A stretch of DNA of 64,000 nucleotides, from contig OY781089.1 in the NCBI GenBank assembly GCA_963676565.1, positions 640,001-704,000 of the forward strand, read 5' to 3'. The notes under the pieces are model-generated. The model was not told where the DNA came from and did no database searches. It saw nothing but the letters and a program-made list of their open reading frames with translations. This stretch comes from Halarcobacter sp. (GTDB taxonomy: Bacteria; Campylobacterota; Campylobacteria; Campylobacterales; Arcobacteraceae). Position 1 is the first letter of the stretch. Each line of letters opens with the position of its first letter. The position numbers and the translations under genes were made by a program. Below, in pieces: positions 39,850-47,316 of the stretch.

Positions 39850-40209
39850 ATAGATACTATAAAACTAGAATACAAAGATATTTTTGATAATAATAAAACA
39901 AAAGAATTACTTATAAAAAAGCAAGCAATAGATGACGAGTATAGTGAAAAGTCTCTTTTTGCTCTAATTGTAGATGGAAAATCGATGCAACCAAAGATTT
40001 TAGATAAAGAGGTTATTGTTGTAGATTTGTCACAAAAAATGCTTTTAGATGAAAAAATTTATGTGGTACACTTTGAAGGAAAAATGTGGGTTAAAAAATA
40101 TGATGAAACCTCTAAAAACTTTATTTCTATAAACCCAGAGTTTTCACATCTAGTTTATAATAAAGATGAGGTTCATATTGTGGGAAAGGTTTTAGAGATA
40201 AGTAGATAG
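39850..40209 (+). CDS. Stand-alone S24-family peptidase domain (LexA/UmuD C-terminal-like), probable ATA start
   Basis: Frame is open upstream of ATG 39985 and encodes VDGKSMQP (catalytic Ser) and WVKK (Lys); AAGGA RBS precedes in-frame ATA 39850. Confidence 0.7.
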   Translation: MDTIKLEYKDIFDNNKTKELLIKKQAIDDEYSEKSLFALIVDGKSMQPKILDKEVIVVDLSQKMLLDEKIYVVHFEGKMWVKKYDETSKNFISINPEFSHLVYNKDEVHIVGKVLEISR

Positions 40210-40575
40210 CTCTATAAGATTTAAATCTGGGTCTCTTATATAAATTGATTGTATAGGCCCATTTGCTCCCGTTCGTTTAACTATTCCCTCTTCTATGTCA
40301 ATATTTCTTGAAACTAAAAAGGCAAAGATATCTTCAATGGATTCTTCAACAATAAAGCATAGGTCTGCACTACCTTCTTTTACATTAAAAGCTTTTGGTT
40401 CAAACTCTTTTCCTAATAGGTGTAGGTTTATTTTTTGATTACCATATTTTAATGCAATTCGATTTTCTTTGAAAATCTCTTTTTTCATACCAAGAATATT
40501 TGTATAAAACTCTACAGTTTTGTTTATATCTTTTACTGTTAGAACTAAATGATCTAGTCTATTTATACTTATCAT
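40192..40575 (-). CDS. VOC/glyoxalase-family protein
   Basis: LDHLVLTV, QKINLH, GSADLCF and YIRDPDLNLIE motifs. Confidence 0.92.
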   Translation of the reverse strand: MISINRLDHLVLTVKDINKTVEFYTNILGMKKEIFKENRIALKYGNQKINLHLLGKEFEPKAFNVKEGSADLCFIVEESIEDIFAFLVSRNIDIEEGIVKRTGANGPIQSIYIRDPDLNLIELSTYL

Positions 40576-40576
40576 T

Positions 40577-41017
40577 TTAATCTCCTAATTCTTCTATCTC
40601 TTTAGGCCAAGCTTTTTGAAAAAAGTGTTCTTGTAATTTATCTTTAATATCATCAGGTATTTTCATTGATTGTTTCGTTTCGAAATTATAATGAACGATT
40701 ATAGCCTTTCCTGTTGTACATAACTTATTGTCTTGATAAACGGCATGAACCAATTCAATTGAAGAGTTTCCAATTTTTGAAATTCCTGTTTTTATAACAA
40801 CATCTTTTCCCCAAAAAACTTCATTCAAAAAATCAAAAGAGCTATGAGCCATAACTAGATTCCACTCTTTTATATTTGAACTAGGATTAAAAATACGAAA
40901 AAACTTATCCCTTGCAGCTTCAAACCATACCCCATAAGAATTATTATTTATATGCCCTAAGGCATCAGTTTCTAAAAATCTGGGTGTAATTATCTCTGTA
41001 AACATCTTGAACTCCAA
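40577..41017 (-). CDS. Acyl-CoA thioesterase (hot-dog fold)
   Basis: ETDALGHINN..Y..WFEAAR motif. Confidence 0.9.
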   Translation of the reverse strand: MEFKMFTEIITPRFLETDALGHINNNSYGVWFEAARDKFFRIFNPSSNIKEWNLVMAHSSFDFLNEVFWGKDVVIKTGISKIGNSSIELVHAVYQDNKLCTTGKAIIVHYNFETKQSMKIPDDIKDKLQEHFFQKAWPKEIEELGD

Positions 41018-41070
41018 AATAAAGTGATGTAGTTTATCACAAAGATTTTAAGAATTATTTGAGTTGTTGA

Positions 41071-41955
41071 TTAAATATATTGAATAGGGATATAATAAGT
41101 TCCCTCAAATTTCTCATCCTCTTCTAAAAATTGGTTCTTTCTAAATATCGCATGAGATGGTTTTGTTGTAGTCTCAAAACCACTTTTAGGTAACCATTCA
41201 TGATATACCCATTGAATAAATCTAAGAACATCTCCAATTTTCCCACTTATCTCAAAAGTAGCGTATATTGCCTCTGCAGTCATAAAAGATGGTAAGCTAG
41301 TATTTGATAAATCAATATCCTCTTTAGGAATAATCCCTGCCACATAGAAACAATCTTCATGGGGAGTTATAGCAGGATTGTCATGATAGATTGCTATTTG
41401 GGCGTATTCTTTAATATTATTTGTATAAACCCAAGCTAATAGTTGTCTCCATACTTTTTTTGCATCTTCTGTTATATAGCCTTTGTTTCGAATATAATAC
41501 ATTTTTTTTGGAGTACTCTTTACAATTTTTGGTTGAAGCATATTAAAATCGGGTTTTTTATAAAAAGAGATTATTGATTTTTCTAAAATCAATTTTGAAT
41601 ACTCTTTATATCCACCATTTCTCCAATCTTTTGGGGTTTGATGAAATCTTTCTTTAAAAGCTCTGATAAAAGAGGTTTGAGAACTATATCCACACAAATT
41701 GGCAACTTCTGTAATTGTAGAGAGTTTATTTGTCAAAAGAAGACTTGAGGCTTTTTGTAATCTATTTGATTTTATAGTTTCATATAGATTTATCCCCATA
41801 AACTCTTTAAATACTTTATGAAAATGAAACTTACTCATACCAAAACTTGCTGCTAACTCATTTATATTTATATCTGTATCAATATGCTCATAGATATAAA
41901 ACATAGTGTCATTTACTATTTGAATATTTTTATTATATGTTTTTCTTTTTTGCAA
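41071..41955 (-). CDS. AraC-family regulator with GyrI-like domain (paralog of 5055-5939)
   Basis: Shares IDTDININELAA, CGYSSQTSFIRAF and WLPKSGFETTT with the first copy; TTG start at 41955 or 41964. Confidence 0.88.
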   Translation of the reverse strand: MQKRKTYNKNIQIVNDTMFYIYEHIDTDININELAASFGMSKFHFHKVFKEFMGINLYETIKSNRLQKASSLLLTNKLSTITEVANLCGYSSQTSFIRAFKERFHQTPKDWRNGGYKEYSKLILEKSIISFYKKPDFNMLQPKIVKSTPKKMYYIRNKGYITEDAKKVWRQLLAWVYTNNIKEYAQIAIYHDNPAITPHEDCFYVAGIIPKEDIDLSNTSLPSFMTAEAIYATFEISGKIGDVLRFIQWVYHEWLPKSGFETTTKPSHAIFRKNQFLEEDEKFEGTYYIPIQYI

Positions 41956-42095
41956 AATAAACAACCTTAAGTAAAAAATAAAACAAATTATAGCACTTTT
42001 AATGACAAAAATAGATAACTTTTAGAACATTAATAGTATAGAGTAAAAAAAAATTAACTGCTAAAATATGTTTCCATTTTTTTAAAAGAGTATGT

Positions 42096-42977
42096 ATGAA
42101 AGAAAAAGATTTTTTATTAGCTATATTAATTACATTTATTTGGGGAGTTAATTTTTCTGTAATAAAACTAGGATTAACCTCTCTTGATCCCTTTATCCTT
42201 TCAGGGATGAGGTTTTTATTATGCTCTTTACCTTTGATATTTTTTATTAAAAAACCAGATGTAAATATGAAATATATCATCACCTATGGATTACTTTTTG
42301 GAGTTGGTTTATGGGGAATCGTATCTTTAGGTATATATTTTGGAGTCTCTGCAGGAATGGCATCACTTATTTTACAGTTTAGTGCATTTTTTACTGTTAT
42401 TCTTGCGGGATTATTTCTACAAGAAGAGATTGATATTTTAAAAAAATTTGCATTTGCAATAGCTATATTAGGTTTGACCTTGATTATTAGTGTAACTGAT
42501 GGTTCAGTTACACTTATTGGATTAGTTTTGCTTTTAATTGCTGCATTATCTCTAAGCTTTACAAATATAATTATAAAGAAAGCAGGAACAAAAAACCTTT
42601 TTTCTTTTATGGTATGGGCTAGTATATTTTCTCCTATTCCACTTTTTGTATTAGCATTTTTAACACAAGGGGAAATTGTATTTACTAGTTTTTTTGAACA
42701 TTTAGATAATACAGCAATATTTTCTATTCTTTTCCAAGTATATCCAACAACACTTTTTGGATATTGGGTTTGGAATAATTTGTTACATAAATATCCTGTG
42801 TCTAGTGTTGCTCCAATTTCATTATTGGTACCAATTTTTGGACTTATGGGCTCATATTTTATATTTCATGAACAAATTGGGCTAATAAAAATACTTGCTT
42901 CATTTTTAATTGTTTTGGCATTGATTGTCAACTCTTTTGGAGAAAGAATTTATTTAAAATTATATGGAGAGAAATAA
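42096..42977 (+). CDS. EamA/DMT-family exporter (O-acetylserine/cysteine exporter-like)
   Basis: IWGVNFSVIK, AGMASLILQ and VAPISLLVPIFG motifs; ten TM segments. Confidence 0.88.
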   Translation: MKEKDFLLAILITFIWGVNFSVIKLGLTSLDPFILSGMRFLLCSLPLIFFIKKPDVNMKYIITYGLLFGVGLWGIVSLGIYFGVSAGMASLILQFSAFFTVILAGLFLQEEIDILKKFAFAIAILGLTLIISVTDGSVTLIGLVLLLIAALSLSFTNIIIKKAGTKNLFSFMVWASIFSPIPLFVLAFLTQGEIVFTSFFEHLDNTAIFSILFQVYPTTLFGYWVWNNLLHKYPVSSVAPISLLVPIFGLMGSYFIFHEQIGLIKILASFLIVLALIVNSFGERIYLKLYGEK

Positions 42978-43594
42978 TGGAAAGTTTCTATACCCTTACT
43001 ATGCTTTTTTCTATAGGGACATTTGCAATTACAAGTGCAATTACACCAGGGCCAAATAATATAATGCTTTTATCTTCTGGTTTAACCTTTGGTTTTAAAA
43101 GAACAATTCCTCATATAGGGGGAATTATAGTTGGTTTCCCTTTTATGCTTTTATTAATTGGATTAGGAATGGGAATAATCTTTGAAAAATATCCTATTGT
43201 TTTATCAGTATTAAAAATAGTTGGGATTTTATATCTTATTTGGATGGCATATAAAATAGCTACAAATACAAGCACTTATGATGTGATAGATGGGGAAGAT
43301 AGTAAACCTTTTACTTTTTTACAAGCAGCTATATTTCAGTGGGTTAATCCAAAAGCTTGGATTATGGGTGTTACAGCTATTTCTATTTTTATAACAGCAA
43401 AAGAGGATAACTATGGACAAATTTTAATTTTAGTTTTTATCTTTTTACTTTCGGCCATTGTTTCATGTAATACTTGGGCATTAGGTGGAGTTGTTTTAAA
43501 AAAATTTATAAAAGAGGAAAAAAGCATTAGAATATTTAATATTTTTATGGCAATACTTTTAGTAGCTTCAGTTCTTCCAATTATTTTAGAATAG
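42977..43594 (+). CDS. LysE-family exporter (EamB-like)
   Basis: ITPGPNNIML..SG and FQWVNPKAW motifs. Confidence 0.92.
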   Translation: MESFYTLTMLFSIGTFAITSAITPGPNNIMLLSSGLTFGFKRTIPHIGGIIVGFPFMLLLIGLGMGIIFEKYPIVLSVLKIVGILYLIWMAYKIATNTSTYDVIDGEDSKPFTFLQAAIFQWVNPKAWIMGVTAISIFITAKEDNYGQILILVFIFLLSAIVSCNTWALGGVVLKKFIKEEKSIRIFNIFMAILLVASVLPIILE

Positions 43595-43610
43595 AGTATT
43601 GATGTGAATA

Positions 43611-43703
43611 TTAATATGAAATTAAATAAAAAAATGCAGCTGATGCATAGTAACAAATAGATACAGCTACAAAAAATAAACTGTCTTCATATCTCTTTAA
43701 CAT
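43611..43703 (-). CDS. Candidate small membrane protein, 30 aa (MLKRYEDSLFFVAVSICYYASAAFFYLISY)
   Basis: Hand-translated ORF; AAGGAG RBS 5 nt upstream; one hydrophobic helix. Confidence 0.6.
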   Translation of the reverse strand: MLKRYEDSLFFVAVSICYYASAAFFYLISY

Positions 43704-43822
43704 AGGTTCTCCTTAAAATTATTTTCTTGTAAAATTAAACTCATACCAATATTCTATTATTGTTTTGTTACATTAAAGTAGCAATTCTTATTGGGGTTAC
43801 TTTTTAAATTTATAGAATTAAT

Positions 43823-44446
43823 TTAAGCTGTTATATCTGCACTTTTTTCATTTGATTCAGTATTATTTTGTTCATACTGATTTTTGGCATTTTGTGAATA
43901 TTTATTCGATTCTAGCATTTTTTCTTGAATCTCTTGTGCAAATTCTTGTTGGGCTTTCATCAACATAACCCTAGCTTTTGATGCCACTGATAAATCTTGA
44001 GGGCTTGGGTCTGCGGGAGCTAAGGCCGTAGCAATCACTCCTTGTAAATTTGAAATACTCTCTTGTGGAGTTGAACCTGTTTGTATTCTAACTGGAACTT
44101 CTCCTGCAACAGCATACATAACCCCATCTGGACCTTTTTGATAGGTAAATGAAGCTCCACCTGAAGCTGCTGGTCCACTTTGGTGTGCTGCTTCGTGAGC
44201 TCGCACTTTTGTATCGGCTGCTTTTAGTTTTGTTAGTTCGACTTTTTCTTCTTGAGTTAATTGGGTATTGTCTTTATTAGATTGTTCTTTATTTTCTTCA
44301 GATTTTTTTGAGGCATCATTTTTTTCAAGACCTCTTGTATCTTCTTGTGTTCCATTCTTTTCTGACACAATTTGTTTTTGGGCATTTGCCCTTGAAAAAT
44401 AGTCGACATTGTAGCCGAAGGTTGAAGTGTTGTTTCCTATTTCCAT
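43823..44446 (-). CDS. SprA-related family protein (putative metalloprotease, HExxH)
   Basis: D.KVRAHEAAH, YQKGPDG..YAVAGEV and ALAPADPSPQD motifs. Confidence 0.85.
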   Translation of the reverse strand: MEIGNNTSTFGYNVDYFSRANAQKQIVSEKNGTQEDTRGLEKNDASKKSEENKEQSNKDNTQLTQEEKVELTKLKAADTKVRAHEAAHQSGPAASGGASFTYQKGPDGVMYAVAGEVPVRIQTGSTPQESISNLQGVIATALAPADPSPQDLSVASKARVMLMKAQQEFAQEIQEKMLESNKYSQNAKNQYEQNNTESNEKSADITA

Positions 44447-44509
44447 AATATAGATTTTATAACAACTTGAAAAAAATGTAAAGTAATGAAGATTTATTCA
44501 GTACTAGGT

Positions 44510-44983
44510 CTATTTTAATTTGATATTTTGGCTTTTCCCTTTGATAAATGATGTTGTATCATGTATTTCTCTTAAAAACAAAAGTAATGCAACAATCAAT
44601 GAAATCATAGAAAAAATAAATAAAACTGATATCACAAAATGTGAGTCAAAATTCATCAATGAACTTGCAAAAATACTTAGGATAACTAAAGCAATCATAA
44701 AACCTGTAGTTGTACCAAAAAAGATTGCTCTATTTATATTTTGCATTCGTCTAACTAGAAACTTTCTTCTTTTTTCTTGTGCTTCTGTCATCTTGAAATT
44801 TGGATTTTCTTCTTCTGCTTGAACTAATGAGTTATCTAACTTCTCTAATCTGTCTATAATTCTTGCTAACCTTCCTGTAAATACATTTAAAAGCCCCGCA
44901 ACACCTGCAATTAAAAATACCGGTGCAACTGATACTTGTATAAGTTGAGTGATTGTATCTATTGTAGTTTGTTCTTGTATCAT
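44510..44983 (-). CDS. DUF2721-type membrane protein
   Basis: IQVSVAPVFLIAGV..LLNV...RLARIIDR motif and C-terminal FLREI. Confidence 0.8.
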   Translation of the reverse strand: MIQEQTTIDTITQLIQVSVAPVFLIAGVAGLLNVFTGRLARIIDRLEKLDNSLVQAEEENPNFKMTEAQEKRRKFLVRRMQNINRAIFFGTTTGFMIALVILSIFASSLMNFDSHFVISVLFIFSMISLIVALLLFLREIHDTTSFIKGKSQNIKLK

Positions 44984-45119
44984 TGTTTTCCATTTTATTT
45001 CTTCTTTTCTAAATAGGAAGAAAGTAAGTAGTCAAAGTTTTAAAGATTTTTGACTTTTTTCGTATTTTATCATATTTTCTAAACTGTAAGAGATATAAAA
45101 AGAGTGATTTTTACTCTTT

Positions 45120-45145
45120 CATACTTTTTTATTGAAAAAAGTATG
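45120..45145. repeat. Perfect 11-bp stem-loop within a hairpin-rich spacer
   Basis: CATACTTTTTT-ATTG-AAAAAAGTATG. Confidence 0.6.
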
Positions 45146-45188
45146 GCCTGTGCTTGCACTCTCTTTGAGAAAAACAACAGCCAGGTTG

Positions 45189-46043
45189 TTAAACTCCATT
45201 ATATTTATCTATTAAAGTTTGATTTGAACCAAAAGCATTAATATCATATTCTTTTAATGATTTTTCGATATCAACATTATAAGTAATATGTTCAAAAAAT
45301 TCATATTTTTCTATTAATCCTTTAAATTTCCTCTTTCCTATATTCCCTAAACAATGATAAAACAATAATTCAAGTTCATTTTCTGTAAATTGAGCTCTAA
45401 AGATATTTATATATCTTTGTTTTGAATCAATATCACTATCATCTATAAATTTTATAATCTGGTATATTTGAGAAAAGTAACTACCAGTTAAACACTCATG
45501 ACTATTATTAAATTTCTCATAATCTCCTAAATATTGTAGTTTAAGCTCATCTAAAAAACTATGAATTGTTTCATGATAAGTCATTTCTCTTATTATAAAA
45601 TTGGTTGTAGGACTACCATTTTCAAAACCATCTACTCTTTCTCTACGACTAACTGTAAAGTTAGATTTTAATTCAATAAAAATACTTATAAGTTGGAAAA
45701 AAGTATTTTCAAATATCTGTAATTTTGTTGCTTTGTTTTGTAGTTTTAAAGATTTTGCTTGTTTTTTTTGTGCTGTCACAGTCTTTTTTAATTCTTTACG
45801 GGTTGCTTTTAATTCATCTGATTGAAGTTTAATTGTATATAGTAATGCAATCAATGCAAGAAAAGCAAGAATTGGATTTAATGTACCTCCAATAAAATCT
45901 CCAAAATTTGCAAATTTATTTATTTCAGTCGGAACAGTATCTCCAAATTTTTTTGTAAAAAAAGCTAATACTCCCCCAATAAAAAGTATGGCAATTATAA
46001 AAATTATAGTTAAAAAAATTAATGTATTATCATTTTTCTTCAT
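45189..46043 (-). CDS. Putative phage abortive-infection protein (putAbiC-like) with two N-terminal TM helices
   Basis: FGDFIGGTLNP TM motif, coiled coil, FENTFFQL, YFSQIYQIIKFID and YINIFRAQF...EL.LLFY segments. Confidence 0.7.
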   Translation of the reverse strand: MKKNDNTLIFLTIIFIIAILFIGGVLAFFTKKFGDTVPTEINKFANFGDFIGGTLNPILAFLALIALLYTIKLQSDELKATRKELKKTVTAQKKQAKSLKLQNKATKLQIFENTFFQLISIFIELKSNFTVSRRERVDGFENGSPTTNFIIREMTYHETIHSFLDELKLQYLGDYEKFNNSHECLTGSYFSQIYQIIKFIDDSDIDSKQRYINIFRAQFTENELELLFYHCLGNIGKRKFKGLIEKYEFFEHITYNVDIEKSLKEYDINAFGSNQTLIDKYNGV

Positions 46044-46076
46044 TTTTCATCCAATAAATAAGATAACTTATTATAA

Positions 46077-46225
46077 CTAAAAAGAGTTTTAGTGATTGCA
46101 ATTTTTTAGGAAGTTCAAGGCTAGCGTGGAGATTTTATTAGGAGCTTACTGTAGTAAGTGACTGGTGAAATTTCCGCGATAACGCAGAAATTCCAACAAA
46201 GAGTTATTAATAAAACTCTTTTTAG
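46077..46225. mobile_element. 149-bp palindromic MITE-like element with ERIC-like core
   Basis: Perfect 15-bp terminal inverted repeats CTAAAAAGAGTTTTA / TAAAACTCTTTTTAG, nested stems, core AGGAGCTTAC-TGT-AGTAAGTGACTGG. Confidence 0.7.
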
Positions 46226-47241
46226 AAGTCGTCGAAGTCGATAGACCCTTTCGAATAGTTAACTACGTTTCCTTCAAAGAAGTTAGTTCTTTGATCATTA
46301 AAACTCGCATACCCATCAACCCATGGTATTGGGTGCTTAACATTATACATTGGTTTATATCCAACTGCTTCAAGTCTTCTATCAGCAAGGTATTGAATAT
46401 ATTGTTCAATGATTTTATCTGTAAATCCAAGGATTTGACCTTGAGTTACATATGCTCCCCATGAAGCTTCAAGTTCAACTGCTTTTTTAAACATAGCTCT
46501 TACTTGTTCTTCAAGTGCTGGCGTGAATAAATCAGGTCTTTCTTTTCTAGTAGAGTTAATCATATTTTGGAATAAAAGTAAGTGAGTTACTTCATCCCTT
46601 TGAATAAATCTAATCATCTGTGAAGAACCTAACATTTTCCCAGATTTTCCAAGTGCATACATAGCAGCAAAACCAGCATAAAAATATAAACCTTCTAAAA
46701 TTTGGTTAGCAAACATTGCAAGAACGATTTTTTCATCAGTAATATCTCCTGCAAGGTTTTTATATACAGCAGCGATATAGTCATTTTTTTCTTTTAATTT
46801 AGCATCTGTTTTCCACATATTGTAAATCTCATCTGTATTATCAGAAATTGACTCAACCATAACTGCGTATGATTTAGAGTGATTTGCTTCTTCATATGAT
46901 TGTCTTGAAAGACAAGCATTGATTTCTGGAACTGTGATGTATGGATTGATATTGTCCATAAGATTGTTAGTTTGTAATGAATCCATAAAAATCAACTGAG
47001 ATAAAACTAAGTCATACATTCTTTTTTCTGCAACAGTAAGATACTTATAGTCTTTTGCATCGCCTGTCATTTGAACTTCTTTAGGAAACCAAGTATTTGC
47101 TTCCATCGTATCCCAAAGATTTAATGCCCATTGGTACTTCATCTTAGTAAAGTTAATCATACCATCAGGGTTTCCACCAAAAATTCTTCTGTCGTTTAAG
47201 TTCTCTTTTGATTCTGGGTTATATATTGTTTTTCTTCCCAC
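46222..47241 (-). CDS. nrdB: Ribonucleotide reductase class Ia beta subunit
   Basis: Metal ligands (MDS, EEANH, LEG, RDEVTH), radical Tyr in SKSY, C-terminal NFFE...Y. Confidence 0.96.
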   Translation of the reverse strand: MGRKTIYNPESKENLNDRRIFGGNPDGMINFTKMKYQWALNLWDTMEANTWFPKEVQMTGDAKDYKYLTVAEKRMYDLVLSQLIFMDSLQTNNLMDNINPYITVPEINACLSRQSYEEANHSKSYAVMVESISDNTDEIYNMWKTDAKLKEKNDYIAAVYKNLAGDITDEKIVLAMFANQILEGLYFYAGFAAMYALGKSGKMLGSSQMIRFIQRDEVTHLLLFQNMINSTRKERPDLFTPALEEQVRAMFKKAVELEASWGAYVTQGQILGFTDKIIEQYIQYLADRRLEAVGYKPMYNVKHPIPWVDGYASFNDQRTNFFEGNVVNYSKGSIDFDDF

Positions 47242-47316
47242 TTAATTTTCCTCTATATTTTTTGATATTTTATTTTATTTACAAAACTTTTCGTATATAT
47301 AAAATGTAAGGCTATC

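Noticed and set aside
45061..45194. Possible integron attC site after the Abi-like gene (GTTTAAC overlapping its stop)
   Set aside because: No matching GTTRRRY end at a suitable distance and no integrase or cassette array
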